This document shows, piece by piece, positions 48,913-58,480 of a stretch of 64,000 bases of DNA. The notes below the pieces were generated by a model. It did no database searches and was not told the DNA's origin. It saw only the letters and a list, made by a program, of their open reading frames with translations. Every line of letters begins with the position of its first letter. Positions within the stretch are counted from its first letter, which is position 1. Source of the stretch: Dehalococcoidia bacterium (GTDB taxonomy: Bacteria; Chloroflexota; Dehalococcoidia; E44-bin15); NCBI GenBank assembly GCA_035528575.1, contig DATKYK010000024.1:66420-130419 (forward strand), in the 5' to 3' direction. The position numbers were made by a program, and so were the translations under genes.

Positions 48913-50370
48913 CTATGCTTCCTCATCCGGGTACTGTGGCGACGCCTCACCTTGGCTTTCTACTATGCGTGGATACCTGCCTTTTGATACCTCCTCCTTG
49001 ATGCCAAGTAGCTGAACGGAGTGCCACCAATTATCCCCAAAGTCGAATAGATAGAGAAACCTCTTCTTTTCCTGCAAACCCAGCGAGTCAATCGTCGCTT
49101 CTCTAGAGTTCCTGGCATCGCTTTCTGGATCGGGAAGCCCGTACTCTGATGAATGATCCCAGGGCTTATTACTTAAGAAGAAGGCATAGAGATGTTCATC
49201 GTAGCGTTCGTATGCTTTGAATATAGCCTGGTGCAGGTGATGGAGCGTCTGGGTGCCCTTTACCTCAATCTTGCGCCATACCCGGAGCGATTCCTTGAGG
49301 CTAACCTTAAATGTGTAGATCGTCACCGACTTACCCTTTGGTGGCTGCGGCGTTTTGTTTTTGGATTCAAAGGCCTGCAGAAATGCTTCAGGAATATCTT
49401 GGTGCTCAGTTTGAGCCTGTCGCATTGTCTGCTCGCTTCGGCATACGGATATAAGCCAGCTAATAGCGCCCTTGGCATCGAGCCAGCCGATGCCAAACAT
49501 GGCAACATAGGTAATGGCCTCATTTTTATCGCCAAAGCCCACATATTCCGGTAATTGCTTGGGTAAACTCTTTTCACCGGTGAGGTATAGCACAACATGG
49601 CGGTTATGCTCCAATGCTTTTAGAAGGCGCTTTCGAGATTCCGGACTATCGCCCTGTTTAATAAAGGTAACCAGCGCCTCCGTATAGAGCCAATCTGCTG
49701 TAGGCTCATCATACTGCCCCAATAGCCCTTGCAGGGCATCAATTTCACCCAATTCCAGTAGAGACGCAGCCAGGGCGTAGCGGATTCCCTGGTTGTCACT
49801 AGGATTAAGCCTGAGCATGTCCCGATAGTGCCCTACAGCCTCCCAGCGTTTTCCCACATCCCACAGACACTGGGCAAGTCCGACTCGGGCTCGCATATAC
49901 GGGCGTGTTTCCAGGATACCCCAAAACCCCCCGACATCTTCAGTGAATGTACTGGCTCCTAGGGCTCGCTCCCCAGCCTCAACTCCAGCCCGGTAAAGCT
50001 CGAGTGCCCGCTCGACATTCTGGCCGGTTTCCTCGGCTAAAAGCACATAAGCATCAGCGCAGTCAGCAGAAATCTTCAGTGCTCTATGGGCCTCTTTTAC
50101 CCTATCCCTCTTACTCTGCATATCCCACGCTTGATATATTATTTCTTGTGCCTCCTCTAATGGACCGCTTGGTGCCCACTCGGGTAACCCCCCAGAGGAC
50201 ATGAGGTTCTTCAGGTATTTTTCTAGCTCATCCTCAGATTCGAATTCACGCTCCTCAGCGAGCTTTTTTATGATAGCCATCTCCTTTTCCATGGCGAGAC
50301 GAGCCTTATGTACATCGAAATTCTCAGGAACATTTTTATTGGTTTTTTTCTTTTTATCTCTCTCCGACAT
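48913..50370 (-). CDS. TPR-repeat protein with a C-terminal pRiA4b ORF-3-like domain.
   Basis: TPR-like helical repeats are present. The C-terminal IYTFKVSLKESLRVWRKIEV..LHHLHQAIFKAY resembles the PF07929 family. The start was chosen at MSERD with a GAGGGGG Shine-Dalgarno site. Confidence 0.55.
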   Translation of the reverse strand: MSERDKKKKTNKNVPENFDVHKARLAMEKEMAIIKKLAEEREFESEDELEKYLKNLMSSGGLPEWAPSGPLEEAQEIIYQAWDMQSKRDRVKEAHRALKISADCADAYVLLAEETGQNVERALELYRAGVEAGERALGASTFTEDVGGFWGILETRPYMRARVGLAQCLWDVGKRWEAVGHYRDMLRLNPSDNQGIRYALAASLLELGEIDALQGLLGQYDEPTADWLYTEALVTFIKQGDSPESRKRLLKALEHNRHVVLYLTGEKSLPKQLPEYVGFGDKNEAITYVAMFGIGWLDAKGAISWLISVCRSEQTMRQAQTEHQDIPEAFLQAFESKNKTPQPPKGKSVTIYTFKVSLKESLRVWRKIEVKGTQTLHHLHQAIFKAYERYDEHLYAFFLSNKPWDHSSEYGLPDPESDARNSREATIDSLGLQEKKRFLYLFDFGDNWWHSVQLLGIKEEVSKGRYPRIVESQGEASPQYPDEEA

Positions 50371-51341
50371 TCCTGACCCCCTCATAAAACTTGATGCCCT
50401 AATTTTATCACGTCCCCTAAACCTCTGCATATAGGATATACCCTCTATAAATGTGAAAGTAGAAATATAAATAGGTTTAAACTGGAAACTGGCGAGGCAC
50501 GGTGTAGCATTCATGAGAATATTTAAATTCCCATTCTCGAGCCTCAGTTCCTGAATTGGTTCCTGCTACGCCCGGCACAGTTGCGGCATGGCACTCAACC
50601 CGCCAAGCCGCTTTCTGCTATGCCTACCCATAATGCGTAGCTGCGGGAGATATGGCACACTGAGATTGGCGCTCCCCAGAACAGGATTGTAGAACTCTGC
50701 GAACTATGCCCTGATGCCCCAGATTTTTTCAACCTCTGACCTGATATTCGGGCCTGTGCTTCACCACCCCAGCATGAACACTGACCTTTTCATTACAGTG
50801 GGGAACTAGCTCCCATCGGAAGGCTTATCTTAAGTCCAATAGTGGAGCCATCATGCCATTATGACAGTGATTTTAGCAGAGCCTGGTGGGGTAATTTATT
50901 AAAGCTCTTTCCTTTTCTAAAGGCGCACAACGCCAGGTTTAATGCACTAACCTCAAGTAAGAGGGCTGGGTGGAAAAAGCTTTTCTTTCCAACAGAGGGA
51001 GAACCGTAGTGACATCGAACCCCAGGTTACCTTAATCAGGGCAATGTCACAAACTATTATCTCAATCCATTCTACACTGGCGGTTCCCAGCTAGCAAGAA
51101 GCGTCAGCCCAGTAAAATCAACCAAACACCACACAACACTTTATTGTTGTACCGCCTGTTTCTATGGTAAACTGTACTGGCGATATCACTAAACAATTGG
51201 GTTTTTAGTCGCCCACAATAGGCCTCAAAAGGTCTCCTGGACACACTATTCTGAAATGGCGAAGGTTAATCCTCGACTCAAATAGACTTATAGCGGCATA
51301 TACGAAGGCGTTTCTAAGCTCTGAAAAAGTAGGAGGTGACA

Positions 51342-52790
51342 ATGATAGGGATAACATCGTACGGTGCCTACATCCCTTGGCACCGGATAGACCGGCAGAA
51401 TTTCCTTAAAGCCTGGGGGGGCTTTGCCATGCCAGGAGAGAAGGCGGTGGCCAGCTATGATGAGGATAGCCTGACCATGGCAGTAGAGGCAGCCATAGAC
51501 TGCCTGAAAGATATAGATCCACATAACGTAGATGGCCTCTATTTTGCCACTACCACCTCTCCCTATAAGGAGAAGCAATGCTCTGCCTTAATGGCCTTGC
51601 CCCTCGATCTGCGTCGGGATATACGCACTGCTGATATAACCACCTCGCTACGCTCGGGGACAACCGCTATGTCCCTGGCCCTGGATACTATTAAAGCCGG
51701 TACGGCAAATAGCATCCTGGTAACCGCGGCTGATAGCCGCATGGCAGCCCCGGGCGGCATGCTGGAGCAGGGCCTGGGCGATGGCGCCGCCGCCCTTCTC
51801 CTGGGCAGGGATAATGTCATTGCCGAGATTAAGGAGAGCTATTCCATATCGGATGAGCTGGCGGGGACCTGGCGTTCTGAGAGCGACACCTTTGTTCGCG
51901 CCTGGGAAGACCGCATGGTGCTGGACGAGGGCTACTCCAAGGTTTTACCCGATGCCATATCCGGCTTGATGGGTAAGTGTGGCCTCTCGCCCAAAGACCT
52001 CACCAAGGTCGTTTTCGACCCCTCCGGCGATGTGAGAAGGCACGGCCGTGCAGCGGCGGCGCTGGGTTTTGACCCCTCTCAGCTCCAGGACCCGTTTAGC
52101 CTCTTTATGAGTGTGGGTATAACCGGCTGTGCTATGGCTCCGATGATGCTGGTGAGCGCCCTGGAGGAGGCCAAGCCGGGAGATAAGATACTCTTTGCCG
52201 GATACGGAAATGGCGCCGATGCGTTTCTTATGGAGGTAACCGAAGCCATAGAAAAGCTGGGGGAGCGCCGCGGGATGAAAAGCCATTTGGAGTCCAAGCG
52301 GATGCTGGAAAACTATAATGACTATCTGCGCTGGCGTGAGCTGGTCCCGCTGGAGATGGCGAGGAGGCCCGAGAAGCAGCACATCCGCTTATCGGCCATA
52401 TGGCGGGAGAGGAGGGTGCTCCTCGGACTGTGGGGCGTCAAGTGCAGGCGCTGCGGCACCCCGCAGTATGACAACGGTGCCATGAGCACGTCACCCATCC
52501 GCGTGTGTGCCAAGTGCCAGGCGCAGGATGATTTCGAGGACTATAACTTTGCTGGGAGGAAAGCCAAGGTCTTCAGCTTCACCCATGATCAACTGGCCCA
52601 GGTCGCCGATCCACCCGCCTCGGTCGTGCTGATCGACTTCGAGGGAGGGGGAAGGGCGTTCTTCGATCTCACCGATCGGGCCCCGGACAAGATCGAGGTG
52701 GGGACTGAGGTGGAGATGACCTTCAGGAAGCTGCAATTCGATCGGGGCATCACCAACTACTTCTGGAAGGCCAGGCCGATAAGGTGTTAA
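51342..52790 (+). CDS. HMG-CoA-synthase-like condensing enzyme fused to a C-terminal DUF35 zinc-ribbon/OB-fold domain.
   Basis: A thiolase-fold N-terminus is followed by CRRCGTPQ...CAKCQ and an OB fold. A TAGGAGG Shine-Dalgarno site precedes the start. Confidence 0.75.
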   Translation: MIGITSYGAYIPWHRIDRQNFLKAWGGFAMPGEKAVASYDEDSLTMAVEAAIDCLKDIDPHNVDGLYFATTTSPYKEKQCSALMALPLDLRRDIRTADITTSLRSGTTAMSLALDTIKAGTANSILVTAADSRMAAPGGMLEQGLGDGAAALLLGRDNVIAEIKESYSISDELAGTWRSESDTFVRAWEDRMVLDEGYSKVLPDAISGLMGKCGLSPKDLTKVVFDPSGDVRRHGRAAAALGFDPSQLQDPFSLFMSVGITGCAMAPMMLVSALEEAKPGDKILFAGYGNGADAFLMEVTEAIEKLGERRGMKSHLESKRMLENYNDYLRWRELVPLEMARRPEKQHIRLSAIWRERRVLLGLWGVKCRRCGTPQYDNGAMSTSPIRVCAKCQAQDDFEDYNFAGRKAKVFSFTHDQLAQVADPPASVVLIDFEGGGRAFFDLTDRAPDKIEVGTEVEMTFRKLQFDRGITNYFWKARPIRC

Positions 52791-52802
52791 AGGAGGCAAG
52801 AG

Positions 52803-53972
52803 ATGTCAGGGAGTATTAAGGATAGAGTCGCCATTGTAGGTATGGGCTGCACCAGGTTTGGCGAGCTGTGGGATAAAGGCCCCGGCGACCTGATTGTGGA
52901 TGCGGTGAGCGAGGCCTACGCCGATGCCGGCGTCGAGGCTAAAGATATCGAGGCCGTGTGGGTAGGCACCCTTTTCAGTGGAATGGGAGGTCGCTCCGTC
53001 AGCGAGCCGTTGAAGCTGCAGTACCTTCCGGTTACCCGGGTAGAGAATGCCTGCAGCTCTGGCCACGAGGCGATAAGGGGTGCCTCCTATGCTGTAGCCG
53101 CCGGTATTCACGACGTTTGCCTTGCGGTAGGCTTCGAGAAGCTGAAAGACGAGGGCATGAGCGGCCTACCGGGCATGGAGAATCGCACCAATACCCACTA
53201 CCAGTCGAGCATGCCCGGGGTCTTCGCTATTATGGCCACCAGGTACTTCAACCGCTACGGCTTGAGCCCCGAAGAGGGTAAGACCATGCTGGCCAAGATA
53301 TCGATCAAGAGCCACCACAACGGCACACTCAATCCCAAGGCCCATTTGAGAAGGGAGTTAACCCTGGAGCAGGTTTTAAACGCTCCAATTATCGCCTGGC
53401 CACTGGGTCTGTTCGACTGCTGTGGCGTCTCCGACGGCGCTTCCGCCGCTATCATCACCCGCGCTGATATTGCCAAGAAGTTCCGCCCCGATCCGGTGTA
53501 CATAAAGGCACTTCAGATATGCGCCAGCCCTACATCGGGCCGGATGACCTCAGAATATGACTATACCCACGTCGAAGAGGCTTACCGTGCCGGCGTGGCT
53601 GCCTACGAGGAGGCGGGTATTAAAGATCCCCGAAAGGAGATAAGCATGGCCGAGGTCCACGACTGCTTCTCCATCACTGAGGCAGTCACTATGGAGGACA
53701 TGCAGTTCAGTCCCAGGGGGCGGGTGAAGGATGACATTGAGGCGGGCACTTTCCACCTCGACGGCGCTCTGCCGGTGCAACCCGATGGAGGGCTGAAGTG
53801 CTTCGGACACCCCATAGGTGCTTCCGGTATCAGGATGATATACGAGCTATACCTCCAGCTTCAGGGCAGGGCTGATAAGCGTCAGATAAAGGAGCCGAAG
53901 ATGGGCCTCGCTCATAACATGGGCAGTGAGCCCTACGCTCCTGTAGTTAGCGTCTGCATTGTTGGGCTCTAG
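52803..53972 (+). CDS. Thiolase (archaeal/SCP-x-type acetyl-CoA acetyltransferase), partner of the HMGCS-DUF35 protein.
   Basis: It is thiolase-like with VGMGCTRFGE ... NACSSG and is 389 aa. Confidence 0.85.
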   Translation: MSGSIKDRVAIVGMGCTRFGELWDKGPGDLIVDAVSEAYADAGVEAKDIEAVWVGTLFSGMGGRSVSEPLKLQYLPVTRVENACSSGHEAIRGASYAVAAGIHDVCLAVGFEKLKDEGMSGLPGMENRTNTHYQSSMPGVFAIMATRYFNRYGLSPEEGKTMLAKISIKSHHNGTLNPKAHLRRELTLEQVLNAPIIAWPLGLFDCCGVSDGASAAIITRADIAKKFRPDPVYIKALQICASPTSGRMTSEYDYTHVEEAYRAGVAAYEEAGIKDPRKEISMAEVHDCFSITEAVTMEDMQFSPRGRVKDDIEAGTFHLDGALPVQPDGGLKCFGHPIGASGIRMIYELYLQLQGRADKRQIKEPKMGLAHNMGSEPYAPVVSVCIVGL

Positions 53973-54214
53973 CCCCACATACTCCACTTCCAGACTTACC
54001 CCATGCCAGCAAAGAGAAGGAGCGGGACGGCACGAAATTCGACCTCGAGTTTCCCGATGAGTCAAATGTTGCCGTTGCTCTGAAGATGCTTAACTTAGTA
54101 CATTGCTCGCCATGCCAACCAGAGTATTATCCAAGCTCCGACCCTATAATTAGACGAGCAGGATAAGGTAAGGAAGAGTTTAAACTATCGAGGGTAATAG
54201 TATGGAGGTGTAGT

Positions 54215-55882
54215 GTGTTTGACCGGCAGAAGCTCGCGGAGATTAAAAAATCCCGGGCAGAATGGGAAAGGGAAGCCTCTGAGTCTCCCCAGAGGCGAGA
54301 TCGTTTCGTTACCACCTCGGGGATTCCCATTGAAAGGCTCTACACCCCGGAGGACATCGCCGGGCTTAACTACCTAGCAGAGCTTGGCTTCCCCGGCAAA
54401 TACCCTTTTACCCGTGGCATTCACCACACAGGGCATCGCGGACAGCTCTGGACCATGCGCATGTTCGCTGGCTACGGTAGCGCAGAGGAGACCAATGCCC
54501 GCTTCAAATACCTTCTTGATCATGGGGAAACCGGTCTAAGCGTTGCCTTCGATATGCCTACCCTCATGGGCTACGATACCGACGCCCCCCAGGCGGCTGG
54601 GGAGTTTGGCAAGTGTGGCGTTGCCATCTCATCCCTCGCCGATATGGAGGTGCTTTGGGATGGCATCCCCCTCGACCGGGTAACCACATCGATGACCATC
54701 AACAGCCCTGCCGGTATCATCTGGGCCATGTACATCGCCGCCGCTGAGAAGCGGGGCATTCCCATGCAGAGGCTCGGAGGTACCATACAGAACGACATCC
54801 TCAAGGAATATATCGCCCAGAATGAGTACATCTTCCCTCCGATACCTTCCATGCGCCTCATTGTAGACACCTTCGAGTTCGGGACGAGGAACCTGCCCAA
54901 CTGGAACACCATCAGCATCAGCGGCTATCATATTCGGGAGGCGGGAGCCACTGCTGCCCAGGAGCTGGCCTTCACTCTCGCTGACGGGCTGACCTATGTC
55001 CAGGCAGGTGTGGACCGGGGCCTGAAGGTGGACGACTTCGCCCCCAAGCTCAGCTTCTTCTTCAATGTGCACAACGACTTCTTCGAGGAGATCGCCAAGT
55101 TCCGCGCCGCCCGCCGTATCTGGGCCAGGGAGATAGAGCGCCGTTTTAAACCCCAAAGTGAGCGCTCCCTGTGGTTTCGCTTCCATACCCAGACCGCGGG
55201 CTGCTCCCTGACCGCACAACAGCCGGAGAACAATATCGTGCGCGTCACCCTTCAAGCACTGGCCTCAGTTCTGGGAGGGACCCAGTCGCTGCACACCAAC
55301 TCCATGGATGAGGCCTGGGCGCTCCCCGCGGAGAAGGCAGCCCTCATCGCGCTTCGGACCCAACAGGTCATCGCCCATGAGAGCGGGGTCACCTCAAGCA
55401 TCGACCCCCTTGGTGGCAGCTTTATGGTGGAGGCGCTCACCGAAAAAATGGAGCAGGCTTGCTATAGCTACTTCCAAAGGATCGATTCCCTGGGCGGGGT
55501 GCTCCCCGCTATCGAGAAGGGCTTCTTCCAGCGGGAGATCGCCGAGGCTGCACACCGCTACCAGCGAGAGATCGAGAGCGGGGAGCGTATCATTGTCGGC
55601 ATAAACGACTATGTTATCTCAGAACCCGTGACCATCCCTATCCTAGAGATGGATAAGGCAGGGGAGAAAAGGCACCTGGATAGGTTGAATCGGGTGCGCC
55701 AGGAGCGAAGCGCTACCGATGTTACTGAAAGGCTTAGCGAGCTAAAACGAGCCGCCCAGGGCACTGAGAACCTCATGCCCCATATCCTGGAAGCGGTGCG
55801 ATCCTATGCCACCCTGGGCGAGATCTGCGGCGTTCTGCGAGAGGTCTTCGGGGAATACAGGCCGACTGAGTTCATATCATAA
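54215..55882 (+). CDS. Methylmalonyl-CoA mutase family, catalytic (substrate-binding TIM barrel) subunit without a fused B12-binding domain.
   Basis: It has MCM N-terminal domain motifs and is 555 aa, too short to include a B12 domain. Confidence 0.85.
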   Translation: MFDRQKLAEIKKSRAEWEREASESPQRRDRFVTTSGIPIERLYTPEDIAGLNYLAELGFPGKYPFTRGIHHTGHRGQLWTMRMFAGYGSAEETNARFKYLLDHGETGLSVAFDMPTLMGYDTDAPQAAGEFGKCGVAISSLADMEVLWDGIPLDRVTTSMTINSPAGIIWAMYIAAAEKRGIPMQRLGGTIQNDILKEYIAQNEYIFPPIPSMRLIVDTFEFGTRNLPNWNTISISGYHIREAGATAAQELAFTLADGLTYVQAGVDRGLKVDDFAPKLSFFFNVHNDFFEEIAKFRAARRIWAREIERRFKPQSERSLWFRFHTQTAGCSLTAQQPENNIVRVTLQALASVLGGTQSLHTNSMDEAWALPAEKAALIALRTQQVIAHESGVTSSIDPLGGSFMVEALTEKMEQACYSYFQRIDSLGGVLPAIEKGFFQREIAEAAHRYQREIESGERIIVGINDYVISEPVTIPILEMDKAGEKRHLDRLNRVRQERSATDVTERLSELKRAAQGTENLMPHILEAVRSYATLGEICGVLREVFGEYRPTEFIS

Positions 55883-56001
55883 GGTGGTAGTGGGAGCACA
55901 TCGCCTCCGATTTAAACCACAAGGCAGCTCAGGATACGGCTGTCCTGTGACTTGACTTCATAGCCACAATAAACAGCAATGAATTGAAAGTGAGAAGAGC
56001 G

Positions 56002-56955
56002 ATGAAAGTGCTACTGACGGGGCCATTCGGAAACATCGGTACCGTTACCATCGAAAACCTGCTCCAGCAGGGGCACCAGGTGAGATGTTTCGATCTTAAA
56101 ACGAGTGATAACGAAGAAAAGGCGATGAGATTCGAACACAAGATAGAGACGACGTGGGGAGATGTACGCAAGCCTGAGGACATGGCAGTTGCTATGCAGG
56201 ATCGGGATGTGGTTATCCACCTGGCGTTTATTATCCCGATCACCAGTGAGATTGACCCCGAGGGGTCTCGGAAGGTAAACGTGGAGGGCACCCGGAACCT
56301 TCTCGACGCTATGAAGAAGGCCTCTCCGACGCCCAGGATCTTGTTCGCTTCATCGACCACGGTCTTCGGCCCGACGCAGGATCAACCGCCGCCGCGGAAG
56401 GCCTCCGATCCGGTCAACCCAACACAGCACTACACCCGCCATAAAGTGGAGTGCGAACAGATGGTCAGGGACTCTGGATTGGACTGGGTCATCCTCCGTT
56501 TCTCTGCTGTAACCCCAGTAGCATTCAGGTTTGATCCTACCATGTTCTACCTCTCTCCAGATTCGCGTATAGAGTTCGCTCATTTTCGAGATGTAGGCCT
56601 GGCAGTGGCAAATGCCATAAGCTGTAATGAGGCGTGGGGCAAGGTACTACTCATCGGAGGAGGTCCGGGGAGCCAGATGTACTATCGAGACTACATCAGG
56701 CGTTCCATGGAGACCGTTGGTGTAGGCAGGTTACCAGATAATGCCTTTGGAACTATACCCTCTTCATTAGATTGGATAGATACGACCGAGAGCCAGAGGC
56801 TTCTTAATTACCAGAAACACACTTTCGAGGATTGGCTCAAGGAGAGGGCAGCGTTACTGGGGTTCAAGCGGTATATGATTCGTGCGCTCCGTCCTATATA
56901 CCGGGGCCGGATGTTGCGGCAATCACCTTTTTATAGAGCTAAGGGCGAGGATTAA
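56002..56955 (+). CDS. NAD-dependent epimerase/dehydratase (extended SDR).
   Basis: It has the N-terminal Rossmann signature VLLTGPFGNIG. Confidence 0.7.
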   Translation: MKVLLTGPFGNIGTVTIENLLQQGHQVRCFDLKTSDNEEKAMRFEHKIETTWGDVRKPEDMAVAMQDRDVVIHLAFIIPITSEIDPEGSRKVNVEGTRNLLDAMKKASPTPRILFASSTTVFGPTQDQPPPRKASDPVNPTQHYTRHKVECEQMVRDSGLDWVILRFSAVTPVAFRFDPTMFYLSPDSRIEFAHFRDVGLAVANAISCNEAWGKVLLIGGGPGSQMYYRDYIRRSMETVGVGRLPDNAFGTIPSSLDWIDTTESQRLLNYQKHTFEDWLKERAALLGFKRYMIRALRPIYRGRMLRQSPFYRAKGED

Positions 56956-57072
56956 TGAAGGTGGCGTGTAACGGGCGTTCAGGGAATCGATTAACTCCCT
57001 CAGGAAGATAACCCCCCGCAACACCGGACCAAAGACCAAACAGCAGCGACATCCCTTTTAGATCTATTATTT

Positions 57073-58119
57073 TTACATCCTGATATATTTCTTTTCGCCC
57101 ATGCCGCTGAACCCGTCAAAACAGATCTGGTTGCCATCGGGATCGACGATGTAACCTTCAAAGCTGCCGGTCGGGCCATGGTAACGAGTCTCCATAAGAA
57201 CCAGATTTAGATAGACCGGCATGTCCTCAAGTGGCGTGAAGTGTAGCCGGACCATGCCGTAGTCATCCCGCACTTCCCAGATTTGCTCAACGCCCGAGGG
57301 CCTAGTGATCTTAATAGGTGGCAGCGTATACATTTTACCATCCAGCCACAGGCAGTTTTCATTGTATTTCTCGTGGTTCCGTACCTGATTGTCTGTAAGG
57401 TTGAAGCCGACAAGTCGGCCCCTGTCATCATAGCCGAGGGCCGTGACCCAGTCATATTTCATGACATATGGATAGTAGCCCTTGTGGTCATCGATGATCA
57501 TGCAGCTTGAGTTTTTAGTAAATTCAGTCGTTTGATCGCCAATTGTGAGACTACCATCAGCTGGCATGAGGGCTTTATGTGAGTAAAGAGGGCGGTTTTC
57601 CGCAAAGGGCTGTACGATCACAATGGGCTCGGTTTCGTGGTAACCGGTAAAGGAGGCCCGGCAGTCCGGCAGACCCTGAAAGCTATGCATGTTGAAATCC
57701 ACAGTAATTCGGCCGTATTTAAGCTTGTTATAGATATCTATATTGAAATTGCCGCTGTGATAGTAACAGTGCGAATCACCGAGACCACTGGGAACCTTGA
57801 GCTGCCAAAAGGGAACCTTGCGCTCATAGCGGTACATGCGGCCCTCACTCTTGTGATAGGCCATGACAAGGGCAATTCCGATTATCTTGGCGTTGTAAAC
57901 TGCCAGGCAGACGAACCATTCCTCGTTGGCGATTTGGAAAGCCTCCCATTCCTTAAGCCTCAGGTATTTAAATACCCGGGGCAAGCTAAAGCCAAGCGGC
58001 TTTTCAGCATCCAGCAGGTTGATATACTCAATAAGCCCGCTAAAGGTGCCCATGTTGCAGCGTCCGTTGGTCACTGCTTCCCTTGGAGCGGGTAAGACTT
58101 CTCTTCTGTATTTCTTCAT
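57073..58119 (-). CDS. Conserved hypothetical protein. The ORF extends upstream to 58206.
   Basis: It is a long ORF with no confident family. Confidence 0.45.
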   Translation of the reverse strand: MKKYRREVLPAPREAVTNGRCNMGTFSGLIEYINLLDAEKPLGFSLPRVFKYLRLKEWEAFQIANEEWFVCLAVYNAKIIGIALVMAYHKSEGRMYRYERKVPFWQLKVPSGLGDSHCYYHSGNFNIDIYNKLKYGRITVDFNMHSFQGLPDCRASFTGYHETEPIVIVQPFAENRPLYSHKALMPADGSLTIGDQTTEFTKNSSCMIIDDHKGYYPYVMKYDWVTALGYDDRGRLVGFNLTDNQVRNHEKYNENCLWLDGKMYTLPPIKITRPSGVEQIWEVRDDYGMVRLHFTPLEDMPVYLNLVLMETRYHGPTGSFEGYIVDPDGNQICFDGFSGMGEKKYIRM

Positions 58120-58480
58120 AAAAAATCCACTGTTTGCTCGGTTAACAGTTGGTATGCACCCACATGACTGTACAGGCAGGGTTAAGAGAGTCTGGCGGTG
58201 TACCACGGTCTCTACCTAAACAAGCAGAGACTCTTCAAACTCATTCGGTGAGTGCTAACCCAGAGCCAAATGAATAATGCGCTATACCATGACCTAGTTA
58301 ACAATTTCATCTTGTGTGCTATCCTTGATAGTCTTCTGAAAGAAGAGAGCTTATCCTGAAGATATTAACTGCCGCTGAGAACCAAGAGGGTTCTAATAAG
58401 AATTACTGTCACAATTTGGGTTCTCCCCGTTTTATTGCTATCTCACCGCAGCAAATCCTATTAAAGCGCACACAAGGATA

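Noticed and set aside
50900-51010. tRNA-like T-arm fragment (tcgaacccc) in the long non-coding gap.
   Set aside because: Only a short match was found. No acceptor or anticodon arms could be folded.
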